A stretch of 64,000 nt of DNA. It comes from Camelus dromedarius. Taxonomy: Eukaryota. Positions within the stretch are counted from its first letter, which is position 1, and the number at the start of each line of letters is the position of its first letter. The DNA lies in contig NC_087438.1 of assembly GCF_036321535.1 (NCBI RefSeq), positions 7,628,001 to 7,692,000 on the forward strand, read 5' to 3'. The translations under genes and the position numbers were made by a program. Shown piece after piece: positions 38,569 through 51,120 of the stretch. The notes under the pieces were generated by a model. The model did not search any database and was not told the DNA's origin. It saw only the letters and a program-made list of their open reading frames with translations.

Positions 38569-40004
38569 GGGAGAAGGTGATTATCTTAATTCTGTTATGA
38601 GTGCATCTGATACTAATTCAGGCTCAAAGAGGTTCACAGTCAGTGTTCCAGAAATACATGCTGAAAAGTGATAATGAACCTCCAGTTACAGGAAGCTGGG
38701 ATCATAGCATCATTTCTCAGAATTCCTAAAACAATAAGACAAAGGCTTTTTGTGACTACGGGCTGGGAACATTTACAAAGTGATAACAGCCATTGTATTA
38801 CTGCAGATCAAAGCTGTGTTAAAAACAATATGAGGCTGCTTTAAAAAGTTAAGGTTGACTTACATCCGTCTGGCTCCACTAGGGCCTCAAAAGCCGCTGT
38901 TCAGAATTTCCCACAGGTTGACTTTGCTGCTATGACTGAGAAATTGGATATTTTACTCCTCTGCCTAAACCTTTTCCAATGAATAATCTCAATTGACCTC
39001 TACTGTCTACCTCAAGGCAGGAACTCATCAGTATTAAGACAGAAATATGAGCTTTGTTCTGGTCGCCTTCTTAAAATTCTGCTGTAAGGAAGACTGTTTT
39101 TATTTTATCTTTTCTTCCCCCTGAAATCTCTTTGTTAGTTTTCCTTCCTTAGCAAGAACGTAGCTAGTCACTCTCAGGCTCTGTGACCGGCTGAAAATAC
39201 ACTGTTAACCTTATCGAGTTTGTCATAACTCAGAAGACTGGCAATTTCTCCTCATTCTGCTTTCTTTAACTTGAATGATCATAAGAGGATGGCTGGGAAG
39301 TGGTTTTATTTTATTGGGAAAGGGTCTGAAAAAAAATTCTGATTTCCACAAATAAAACACACATCGTGTAGCTGATGGCTGAGTATGTCTTCAGTTTATG
39401 CAAGAATGATTTTAGCTGCAGCAGGAGAACCGTCTGGCTGTGGGACACCGTAACTGCAGCGGTTCTAAGACAGTGTCGTCCTTGGATCTTAGTCCTCAAG
39501 ACGGAAAGAATATCACAGAAAAGGGAAAATTAAGGAAACTGTCAAAGACAAACCCAACACCCCCAACCTCAAAATCCATGCTTTTCTTGGAGAGTTCTTT
39601 CCTGTTATCAAGAAACATAATTTGTCGGCTTTATAAATTGTTCTAGAATGAAGCTTCTGTCTTCTTTCCTGATGTTTGTTCAACCTTGTTATTACCAATG
39701 GGGAGAGCACGCGTGAGAAAATTGGACAACCTGCCTCATTTCAAGACGTGGAGGCAAACACCCTCCACGCACTGTCAGCAGGTAAAACACAGCAGTGTAT
39801 TTTTTAAAAAATGTCAAAGATCGGACTCCAGGAATGTAAGCGTGGTCTAATGTGAGAAAAGCTATTAATATAGTACATCCTTTGAATACATTAAATGAGA
39901 AAAATTGTATGATTATCTTCATAGGTCAAAAATAATGTTTATACCAGGCCTCAAATTGTCAATAAAATAGATGATAAGACACTTTGTGGTAAGATGTGAG
40001 ATAT

Positions 40005-40220
40005 AAAACACAACACACACATTTTATACACACGTGCTAATCACATGTATGTGCACATAACACAGTCACATGCATGTGTGCATCATATTATGCACACGAC
40101 AGTCACATATATGGGCAATCAGTTATACACATCAACCATAATTATGTTCACATCATATACACATGCCGATCACATGTATCTGTACCCTGCATTACACACA
40201 CACACACTCACGTGTATGTG
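40005..40220. repeat. CA/TA-rich low-complexity tract
   Basis: Degenerate 'acac/catg/cacat' repeats. Confidence 0.7.
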
Positions 40221-40819
40221 TACCTCCTGTTTCTCACTTTCAAGTCACACAAGCCTTATCACTGCATCAGAGCAATCACCAGTATCATGTTTGATGGTGA
40301 ACCATTAGAACGGACCACTTTGATCACCGTCATTCAACATTGTTCTGGAAGTGCTACTTAATGAAATTAGATAGAAATTTTATTTTATTTATTTTTTATT
40401 TATTTTATTTTATTGAAGTATATTTGGTTTACAGTGTTGTGTAGAGACAAATTTTAAGCCAGGGTCTATACCCTGGTCAGACAAAGGCAGTTATTGTTTT
40501 CAGGTGCTACGATTATCTACCTGGAAAACCCAATAAAACCCAGTGGAAAAACTCTTGCAAACAACAAGATAACTGAATAAGCTGTCTGGTTACAAAATGA
40601 GCACACAAAAAGCAATGGGACCTCTACTCAGAAATTAGTATAAAATACCGCAGACACAGAAGAGTATGAGAAAACTGCAGAAGCACCTGTATACCCACCA
40701 TCTGGCTTCACAAATGAAAAGCTGCTGATATGGTTGAAGTCCTTTGTATTCCCCCCCGAGCACATCTTTGCCTCAGAGGTAATCTGCATTGTGAATTGGA
40801 TGTGTGTCATTTTCATGCA

Positions 40820-41105
40820 GTTCTTAATAGCAGCATAACGTCTTCTACTGCGCTTTGCAGACACTGTTTTTTACAAAAGGTTTGTGGCAACCCTGTGTCC
40901 TCAGATGATGGTTAGCATTTTTAAACAATATTTATTAATTAAGATATAGGTGTTGTTTTTTAGACATAATGCTATCACATGCTTAATAGACTACAGTATA
41001 GTATAAGCATAACTTTTATATGCACTGGGAAACCATAATATTTGTATGACTCATTTGATTGTGGTGGTCTGGAATCATATCCACAATATCTCTGAGGTAA
41101 GCCTA
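40820..41105. mobile_element. Tigger1 deletion derivative
   Basis: 'gcgctttgcagacactgtttttt...ggtttgtggcaaccctg...gatgatggttagcattttt...aatatctctgaggta'. Confidence 0.8.
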
Positions 41106-41173
41106 TGCTTTTATTAAATATATATGTACTTGTAAATTCCATCACTGATGCCCATCAAAATGGCATTTTACTG

Positions 41174-41672
41174 TCCATTGACAAATGACTGGATAAAGAA
41201 GCTGTGGTATATTTATACAATGGAATAAAATAATGTCATTTGCAGCAATGTGGGTGGACCTGGAGATTGTCATTCTAAGTGAAGTAAGCCAGAAAGAGAA
41301 AGAAACATGACATCACTTATATGTGGACTCTAAAAAAAAAAAAGTCAAACAAACTTATTTATAAAACAGAAACAGCCTCACAGACATAGAAAACAAACTT
41401 ATGGTTACCAGGAGAGGAAGAAGGTGGAAAGTGATAAATTGAGAGTTTGAGATTTGCAGATACTAACTACTGTATATAAAATAGATAAACAACAAGTTCA
41501 TACTGTATAGCACAGGGAACTATATTCAATATCTTGTAGTAACTTATGGTGAAAAAGAATATGAAAATGAATATATGTATGCTTATGTATGACTGAAGCA
41601 TTGTGCTATAGACCCAAAGTTGACACAACATTGTAAACGGACTATAGCTCAAAAAATGTATATAAACAAAAT
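41174..41672 (+). mobile_element. Young L1 3' end
   Basis: L1 ORF2 end and 3'UTR. TSD aatggcat(tt/cc)tactg at 41159-41173 and 41673-41687. Confidence 0.9.
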
Positions 41673-42963
41673 AATGGCATCCTACTGAAAGAGTTCTTCC
41701 TCGGCTCCCCAGTCTGGTCGGTCTCACGTTTGCGGGGCTCACCTGAGTGGGTGTGTGGGACTCCCACACACGCGTCTCACTGTTTTGTGTTCTAGCGCAT
41801 GTACAGAGCTCTCCTTATCTCATCTTTTGCTGTCATGAACATTCACGTACATGATCCTTTTCACAAACGTGAGTGTTTTTCCAGACCCAGGGGATTTCTA
41901 GAGCACATACCAGGAACTGGGTAAATCAATGTCTTCATCTTTTTTAGACAGAACCCAGTTGCACTCAATTCCTTTTTGAACCAGAAGCATATACAAGTTT
42001 TCACTGTTTTGTATACCCTTCCAAACATTTCTTTTTATCAATAAATTTTTTTCACTATATCAATGATAAGTAGAAAATATAGTGGATATAAAATATCCAT
42101 TAACAATAACAGTGATAAAATTGTTAGGAATAAAATGAACATACGGGGCAGGAATTATGTGAAGAAAACTAAAACACTTGTAAACAAGAAGACAAAGTCT
42201 TGAGTAAATAAAGAGTGATGGATACATCTTCTTTAGCTGCAAAGACCTTAAAGTGGAGAGATGAAATTTTTATCTAAATTATTCTATAAGTTCAAAACCT
42301 AAGGTCACTTCTCCCTAGGTATTTAAAAATAATATATATGAGAAAGTAGCCATGATTTGTCTTAGAAAAGAAATGTGTAAGGAGGTGAAACTAGTCCTGC
42401 CAGATTTTAAATTATTTTCTTACACATTTAAAACAGTACAGTGATTGCAGAAAAAGACTCAAGTATGTATGAAAAAATACCATCTCAGTTATTGGAGAAA
42501 AGATCTATTTTATAAATGTTACTCGGCATTTTTGGCTAACAAACTAGAAATCAACAAATGGATCCCCACTTCACAGTTTACACGCACACTTCACCTATTG
42601 CGTTTTTTCTCAAGTCTGCATGCACTTGAGAATTACCCCCAGGACTTTGAAAAACAACAGTGCCCAGGCACATCTCAGATCATTTATATCAATGCATCGA
42701 TCTAATGGAATTAGGCATCTTTTGCCATATTTCCAGTTCCACTTTAGAATCACTTTGCATTTGAACATCCCACAGTCAGTGAGAGAGACTGCCCAACAAA
42801 GTTTCCCATTTGACGGCTGATGATACTGGGGAGGGAGGCTAAGTGAGTGTCAGTGTCATTAGTGGCCATTTCATTAGCTGATTTTTATGGGTATTGTTAG
42901 TTATGGCATTTACTTTCTTTCAAAATATTTTGATTAGAAGGAATCAGGTAATAAACTTAAGAA

Positions 42964-43023
42964 ATATATATATATATATACACACACACACATATATGTA
43001 TATACACACACACATATATATAT
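42964..43023. repeat. Compound (TA)n(CA)n microsatellite
   Basis: Directly visible. Confidence 0.9.
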
Positions 43024-43193
43024 GTAAAATCTGGAAGGCAATGTAGTACATTAATATTAGTTTTTGCTGGGAAAAGGAATAGCTGGTCATATTTTCTTTC
43101 TGCTTTTAACAGCTTTTGCCATGAGCATATATAACTTTCACTGCCAGAATAAAACCCAAATGGATCTGTTTTTGTTAAAAAAAAAAAAAAAGA

Positions 43194-43793
43194 GGATATG
43201 GAAAAATAGTACAGTGGTTCCTCAAAAAATTAAAAGTAGAATTACCATACGATCCATCAATTCCACTTGTGGGTATATATTCAAAAGAATTGAAAGTAGG
43301 GTCTTAAAGAGATATTTGTCCCCCCACGTGCACAGCAGCACGATTCATATGGTCAAAAGGAGGAAGCCTCCCAAAGATCCATCAACGGAAGGATAAATAA
43401 AATGTGGTCACTGTACGCAATGGAGTATTATTCAACTTAAAAAAAAATTCAGACACATGCTACCATGTGGATAAACCTTGAGAACCTTACACTCAGTGAA
43501 ATAAGACAGGAAAAAATATGGAATGAGTTGAGTTACGTGAGTTACCTAGAGCAGTCAAACTCACAGAAACAGAAAGTGGGATGGTGTTTGCCTGGGGCTG
43601 ATGGCAGGAGGAGTGAGGAAGCAGAGTCTAATGGGCACAGAGTTTCAGCTCAGCAAGATAAGAAGTGCTGGAGAGTGCAGCACAACATGAATGCACCACA
43701 CTGTGGAACTGTGCACTTAAAAATGGTCTAGATGGTAAATTTTATGTTATGTGCACTCTATCACAATTAAAAATCTAAAAAAGAAAGTAAAAA
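43194..43793 (+). mobile_element. L1MB-like 3' end
   Basis: 'ggttcctcaaaaaattaaaagtagaattaccatacgatcca...cacttaaaaatggt...gatggtaaattttatgttatgt'. Confidence 0.88.
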
Positions 43794-44953
43794 GGGGAAT
43801 GCTAGCTAGCTGTGTCTCTGGGAAGTGACTGCCTGAAGGTCGAGCTGACCCTGGGACGTGGGGATCCTGCAGATGTCCTCTGAAGGTCACCTTTACCTTT
43901 GTGAATCTGTAAAATGTTAGAATTCTTTCCTCACCCTCAAAAAGAATTCAGTGAATTAAAAGGATTTTCATAACATGATTCGTAACTTGTATTTTGAGTT
44001 TAAACCAAGGGTACTTCAAGAACCTCATATGAATAAAAGTTTTCAGATTTTGGCAAGTTCAGTGAGAAGGAAAAATGGGTTTTTGGATTCATTTTCAATG
44101 TAATCTGTTTTTCCAGTCTCTGGTGTACAGTGTGATTCATTTCGAAGGGGCTCTATTTCAGGCAATGGGGCTTTAAGTAGGACTTACACAAGATGAAGCC
44201 ACTGCATCTAATTTATCATTCGGGAACCCAAACTTTGTAATTATGTGGCCAATCATTTCCAATCATGAGTCAGCTGTGAGTCTAAATAGAGGAGTTCACC
44301 CACTGCAATTATGTAAGTTCCTCTTATTGCAAAGGTTGTAATTACTTGGACAGGCCTCATCACTGGCTCCCTTTCAAGTTTCAGAGGAAACTTCTCTTTG
44401 AGATGTGCAGCCGTACCTCCAGGCTCCACAGTCAGCCTGACTCCGTCATGGGTGGACCCATCAGGACCAGAAGCATGATGGACCTTCCCATCACAACATG
44501 AGGATAAGGCTCCTCGTCATGGTACCCGGAGAGTAGACAGAATTCAGCCGCAGCTCTTTAAGAAAGGCATCCCCAAGGGGCCAGGCTCCAGTCTGGAGAT
44601 TTTGGAGCTTCGTACTAGTCAGGCATAAGCAACCCACGTTTTGTAGATTACAAGTTCATGTTTGTTTGTGTTTTTTTTTTTAAAGTCAGTTACTGAAACT
44701 TCAAAAGAAATACATGCTCTTAGTAAAAATTCAACTGCTGCAGAAGAGTCCAAAGTCAAATTAAAACTTTTCCCACCCTTCCTTCTAACTGCCCATGATG
44801 CAATCCTCACGAACAATGAGGTGTTTTTTCTCCCATATTTTTTCTTTGCTTCTGCAAGCATATATATGAGTATTCATTTTATGTTTACCTTATCATACTA
44901 AATGCAGTATTTATTCATTTGCTTTTTCATCTGACCACATCACAGGCATCGCC

Positions 44954-45305
44954 TGTGAACTGAATGTTTGTCTCCCAAAAACCATATGTTGAAGCCCTAA
45001 TCACCACTGGGATGGTATTTGGAGATGAGGCCCATTAGAGGTAATTGGGTTTAGATAAGTTCTTGAGGGTGGGGCCCCAGCAATGGGACCAGTGCACTTA
45101 CAGGGAGATGAAAGGACAAGAGCTTTCTCTTACCAGCACGTGAGGTCACAGAAGGCAGCCGTGTGTGCACCCGGAGGAGGGCCCTCACCATGGACCTGAC
45201 CATGCTGGCCCCCGATCTCGGACTTCCAGCCTCTACAACTCCAGGCAATAAATGTCTAAGCCACTCAGTCTATGGTAATGTGCTGTAGCAGTCAGAACCA
45301 CGACA
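44954..45305 (+). mobile_element. MLT1A0-like MaLR LTR
   Basis: 'actgaatgtttgtctccc...catatgttgaagccctaatcacc...ggacttccagcctc...aataaatgtc'. Confidence 0.88.
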
Positions 45306-45799
45306 GCATCCTTTGAGTGTAATATATTTAGTTGATCTCATTCTTAAAAGATGAACAGTAGCCCCTGGCAGGGAGGTTCCACGGTGCATTGAGTCATTCG
45401 GGTTTTGAAGGATTTGTTGGCAGTTTGCCATTTCAGACAATGCTACAACAATGACCTTTTGCCCCCGACACACTCCAAAATTTCCTTGACTAAAAGAAAC
45501 TTAACTGCTAAACTACCAGAACTCTCACTTGGAGTTTAGAGAAATAAAGAAAAATGATGGCGTGGCCCGTACTGACAGTGACGATGAGGATGGTGCTAAC
45601 ACTGACCCGGACCTACATCTGGGACGCACTGCTGTGGCCGTTCAGTTATTCATGGCGGTGTTCATTCTGACTGCTCAGTGTCTGTGCTAATCTGGTTGTA
45701 AAATATTTGTAATATCACCCCTGAAAATATATCTTCCATTTATTTTAATTGAGCACAGTGGTCCCATTTGAGGCTAATAAACTCCAGATGGAAGGCACT

Positions 45800-45890
45800 G
45801 TTATCACCTTCATTTTACAGATAAGGAAACTGAGGCTCAGAGATTGAGTCACTTGCCCAAGTAAGCCACGGGGCAGCCCAGGCTGGTTGA
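45800..45890 (-). mobile_element. MIR SINE
   Basis: 'cattttacagataaggaaactgaggctcagaga...acttgcccaag'. Confidence 0.8.
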
Positions 45891-46205
45891 CCACATGCCA
45901 TTGTTCGGTACAGCAGAGGATGTGTTTAGTAGTTAGAAAAACTGCACAGGGAAAATTGACTTGGAGAACAAGTTTAAATTCTAACAATAAGCCAGGGGAC
46001 AGGGAGGACATCTCGGGCAGGGACTAGACCAAGCCTCTGTGCTGAGAACGAGAAAGTGCTGTCTAGCTGGTTTCCTTCTCTGAGAAGACAAGTGTGGAGG
46101 ACTCTGGGACTCTGGTCCAAACCTGCTTCCCTGAACCTATTTCTCACCACTGTACTCAGCCCCGCTGGACTGTAGCATCCACTGCTCCACATACACGCTT
46201 TAAAC

Positions 46206-46705
46206 TGTCGACTGAAATAAAATCACATAATGTGAAAGTTGTGAGTTAGGTTTTATTTGGGGCAAAATGAGGACTATGGACCAGGAGACAGCATCTCAGA
46301 TTGCTCTGAGGAACTGCTCCAAAGAGGTAGGGGGGGAAGGTCAGTATACACATGATTTTAGCGAATGGGGGTTACATGCAGTCAAGCACACATTTAAGCA
46401 GAGGCTTGCTGCTAGTCACAAGGAGCAGGTGTCCCCATGAAGGATTTTAGTGCTTTTCTACGTATGAGGAGACGCAAGAATTTGGGCTCATAAAATCTTC
46501 TCCTGAAAACATCTATCTGAAGGCCTGTTCTGCCAGTTTTTCCCAGAGCACAGAGCACCTCCTTCCTGACCTCCACCCTGAACGCCTTTCAGGCGGGGTT
46601 GCAGGTCAGTGGCTCGTGATTTAATCCTTATAGAGGTAGATGGCAAGTACCAACGTGATTGAATCCCTGAGGAGGGAAATGGCAAGCGCCAGTTTTTAGT
46701 TGGCA
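46206..46705 (-). mobile_element. ERV1 solo LTR related to the 29.3 and 30.6 kb LTRs
   Basis: 'tgtcgactgaaa...gttttatttggggcaaaatgaggact...ctctgaggaactgctc'. Imperfect TSD aaac/acac. Confidence 0.78.
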
Positions 46706-46929
46706 ACACTTACTATTGTTGGCCACACTGGCCCTTTTTGTAAATGTTTGTCTGCCTACCTTTTAGTCACCTTTCAAAGCATATTCAAAACACGGTACCC
46801 TGCACAGCGCTCAGAGCATCCTCAGAGCCTGGACCAGGCTCTTCCTCTTGATGCCCTTTTGGTCTGAAGTTTGTCCCTCTCCTAAAGCACTGATCATTTT
46901 GATCTTAAATGACAGTTATCTGTGTCCAT

Positions 46930-47529
46930 GTGTTGGAGCAGGCTAGATAGCTAGATATGAGCAGACAAAGGATGGGCACGGGCTAAATGGCAGGAAACCA
47001 CACATCTTGTAAACAACAGAGGTCTTTGGGGAGAAAAAGAGAAGCCAGGAACCTCTGGGCTGATAAGAAGTCACACATTTTGGGGAGACAAGTGCCCTGG
47101 AGGCAGACGAAGGTGGGAAAGGGCAGGACTCGCCAGGGTCTGAATGTGACCTCTTGCTCGTTGTGCCCTCATCACCATAAAGTTTGCCTGGCAGGTTCGA
47201 AGTACCATCATGCACCGAGGCCAGAACACTTCCAATCCAGACTGAAAAAGACAAAACTCCCTTCTCCCCTTGGGAAGGTGGAGTTGGGATGAAAATCAGG
47301 GAATATGACCCCAAGCTCTTCCCTCCCCAATGACTATCCCACCCATTCATTTTCAAACCCTCTGTAACCAGCTTGTCAAAAGAGACTCAGGGCAGCCGCT
47401 CGCCTGAGTCGGCCTGCGCCCCCGTTAAGGGCGTGCTATCCAGCCCTTAAAAAATCCCCACTTCACACGCTTCACCTCTGTGTCCTGTCTCTGAATTCCT
47501 TCTGTGATGAAACAACCCAATTGCCGGCA
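46930..47529 (+). mobile_element. ERV solo LTR
   Basis: TG...CA ends and a U5-like 'ctctgtgtcctgtctctgaattccttctgtga'. Confidence 0.6.
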
Positions 47530-48488
47530 GTGCACGTTTTAAGGCATTTACTCTGTTGTGAGCTCCTGTCTTGTTCCTCTTTGTTTCACTCATAGAACGT
47601 TAGCCCTCACACACACTGCACGTTCACAGCGATGACTGGTCTAAGTATTTCTGAGTAAAGGAAAGTAAGTCTGAAAGGAAATCTCAGACATAAAATGAAG
47701 GGGTAGACCCCCCCATCTTTGGACTTAGGCAAACTCCCAGTTACTGGGAGTTACTGTTGCTTTTTAATCAAAGGTAATAAATGCAACTGTCAGTGACGTA
47801 ATTATTCTGATAGTGGTGCACAAGGTGAATTAAAAAAAAATTCTATTGCCTACATGGAGTTGAGCAATGGGATTAGAGAAGAATCATTGTATTGGAAAGT
47901 ATTTAGAATATATACGGTTTACAGAAAGTGACAAGGAGGACTGGGCAAGGGGACTGCCTTCAAGGCAGGAGGCTGAGACCCAGCAGCGGGTTGGAAAGAA
48001 GAGAGAAGAGGTGATGATGACTTAAAGTCAGAGTATAGGAAATTGGGATGAAGAAAAGAGGGAGATGGAGAATTTCCCAATTTCCATGCTTTACAAACTA
48101 CACCGCTAACCCTTGGTGTTGTGTGGAGACATGTGACACATTTTTCTGGGGAGTTTATTTTGAGCAAAGTTTAGGAAAAATACATTTTTATTCTATTAAA
48201 GTCATACATACCTTAGGAGCATGAAATGTTAATATAAAATGCTAGGCTACAAAAAAAGAATACTAGATTAGAAAAAATTCAGAGTTGGGCCATTTTATGT
48301 TCCAAACTCAGACACCAGGGATTACAAGTTCACTGTTTTCTGCAGTGAGGGTGTTGGGGGGGGGGGCAGCATTTGAAGATGCCACACTGACCTTGAGTCA
48401 AGGCTGAGACATCCAGGGGGAGATGCCCAGAGCACAGGGGAAATGGGGAAGCAGGAAAAGGCCAGTGGAGGCCCTTTTCCAAGAAAGG

Positions 48489-49245
48489 TGTGTTATTTTG
48501 ATAAATAAACATATATTTAGTCTTTGTCCCGGTCCCTGGCACAGAGCTCCTAAAACTCTTGGAATTTCCTAAGCTGTGAGAGCTATCAAGGTGTCTTCTG
48601 TTATGTTAATGAGGTGACAATGGAGAAGCCCCTGGGTAACCTAATGATGGCTGGTTGCCAGTAGACAACCAGTCCTGTGGCTGGAGGGTTGGAACTTTCA
48701 GTCCACTTTTGACCTCTGGGGGGAGAAGAGGAGGTAGAGATTAAGCTCAATTACCAATGGCCCATGATTTAAGCCCTCACGCCTGTGTAATGAAACCACC
48801 ATAATCCCCAAAAGGACAGGATTTAGAGAGCTTTCAGGTAGGTGAACGCGTGGAGGTGCTGGGAGATCGGTGCCTGGAGAGAGCTTGAAAACGCTGCACC
48901 AGCCCCCATCTCAGACATCCATTCCATCTGGCTGTCCCTAAGTTCCTTTTACACCCAACCAGTGATCTAGTAAATCAGATATTCTCTGAGTTCTATGAGC
49001 TACTCTAGCAAATTACTCAAACCCAAGGAGGGGAGGTAGGAAACTCTGAACTATGGCTAGTTGATCAGAAGTGCAGGCGACAACCTGGACTTGAGATTGG
49101 CATCTCACGTGGGGGAGGGGACAGTCTTGTAGACCTGAGCTCTCCACCTCTGGGATTTGATGCTGTCTCTAGGTAGATAGTGTCAGAATTGAGTTCATTG
49201 TTTGGTGGGGTTGGAAAAAACACTGGAGTGGGTCCAAAAAAACTC
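48489..49245. mobile_element. MER21-like LTR
   Basis: 'atatatttagtctttgtcccggtccctggcacagagctcctaaaactcttggaatttcct...ggtagatagtgtcagaattgag'. Confidence 0.82.
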
Positions 49246-50191
49246 TCCCTAATAAAGTCCTCGCATGTTACGCCTGCCCTGGCATCAGCTGCTCAGAGGA
49301 ACTGAGTGTACATTTCCTTTATTGAATTCCCCAAAGTCTTGTCTTAGCCAGAATGAGCAGGTCCAATTCCTTCTACAACTCCTCATATTAACTCCTCACA
49401 TATCAGTCATTCAACAAATACATAATCGCCAACGTACCAGGCATGGCTGGATTAGCTTGGTTTTTCCCTGAATGCCACCTGTCTCGACTCCATTGCTCCT
49501 AAAAGGTCCACCTAAAAGCGAACCCAGTCCTCAAGTACAGTCAGGCAGGTCGTGTCAGGAAAGAACGCTCACCCTCCTTGTACAGGACGGATGACTTCCC
49601 TTCGGGCATAGTAACGCTGTGTGTGCTCACAGGGGGCTGCCTCTTACTGTGATTTCACTGTTGACTTGAAATCTTGGGTTTTTTCTTTCCCACTTACTCC
49701 TGCGGATTCATGTCTTCTTATCCTGCATTTGAGCAATTGCTCTTTTGGAAAGATGGGGCTCATATTTATTCACAGGACAGCCCGTAGGTTAGCCCAGCCT
49801 GTGGTCTTATCCGGATGCGGTCCCCTTGGTCCTGACTTGGATATTAAGCTATTGGCTCACACCCACGGGTTGATGAGCAGGCTTTGTACTTCTGCATCCC
49901 TGGGCAGGCCTAGTGAAAAGCGGCTGGTAAACTGAGCGGGAAGCACAGTAGAGTCTATCTCTTAATTTTGATTTTTCTATAGGAAACTTGTTTTTCTGTT
50001 CATTGCGCCAGCGGCAGTGGGAATGGTTAGACGTCCTGCTGGCAAGAAGTGTTGGGTGAGCTCGCTGTGAATTTTTATGAAGACAATGACGTTTTTAGAA
50101 GGCTGCAGATGAAACACTGGAGAAATGTGTTCTTTCACAGATGACTGAGTCTGGCCATGCTTGTGTGTTTTTTTAAATTCAATACAAGTTT

Positions 50192-50312
50192 CACAAGATC
50201 ATGGGTTCAGTCCCCAATACCTCCACTAAATAAAATAAATAAATAAATAAATAAATAAATAAACAAACCAATAAATCAATAAATCTATCTATCTAATTAT
50301 CTTCCCCTCAAA
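50192..50312 (+). mobile_element. 5'-truncated tRNA-Ala-derived SINE
   Basis: B-box half plus (AAAT)n. TSD aaattcaatacaa(g/a)ttt at 50175-50191 and 50313-50329. Confidence 0.85.
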
Positions 50313-50334
50313 AAATTCAATACAAATTTAAAAA

Positions 50335-50435
50335 TTTTTTAAATTGAATTATAGCCAGTTAACAATGTGTCAATTTCTGGTTACAGCATAATGTCCCAGT
50401 CATGCATTTACATACATATGTTCGTTTTCATATTT
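50335..50435 (-). mobile_element. Very short young L1 tail
   Basis: 'aattgaattatagccagttaacaatgtgtcaatttctgg', same family as the other young L1 tails. Confidence 0.75.
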
Positions 50436-50536
50436 TAAAAGTTCAATTTTTTAATATCTGAATTAAAAATTCTAATCCATTGCCAAAGAGGAAAAAGTTC
50501 CCTTACGTTCAGGAAAAGCTAAATAAAGACCTTTGA

Positions 50537-51120
50537 TGTAGTTATAAGACAGGAGGGAAGCAGGCAGGGCACAGCCACTAAAAGAATGACACGGCAATGA
50601 GCACCGAGATGGCGAAAGACCCAACTCCCAATGGACCTTGAGCTTCAATATTCACTCACTGAAATACAATAGCTGCTAAATGCTCCTCCCACAGGTACCT
50701 GGGCAGTTTTAAGGCTGACCATTAAAGGTCAAAGGGTGGGCATGGCCCATTTTCTGGGAATCCCACCGCCTTCCCCAAAGTGGTTGGAGTCATCTTCCCA
50801 CTTACTAGCACAAGAAGTTACCAAGCCCATAAAACCTAGCAACACCGCGCCCGTGGCCACTGTCCCTTCCGAGTGAGACGGACCGCACGCTATGGAGAGT
50901 GTGTCCACTTTTACTTTGAACTGAACACCCAACCCCCGCACCTCCTGGCCTTTCTCTTGCCTTCTGGAGCAGCCTGCACTCTGTGTATGGAGTATGGATC
51001 TCTCTGAATAAATCTACCTTTACTCAACTGTGGCTCGTTCTTAAATTCTTTCCTACATGAAGCCAAGGACCCACACTTGGCAGAACATGTCCTGGGGACA
51101 TGGCTATCCTCTCGCCCGCA
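50537..51120 (+). mobile_element. ERV1-like solo LTR
   Basis: 'cccataaaa' TATA-like motif and 'gaataaatctacctttactc...aattctttcct...aagccaaggaccc' U5-like segment. Confidence 0.72.
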
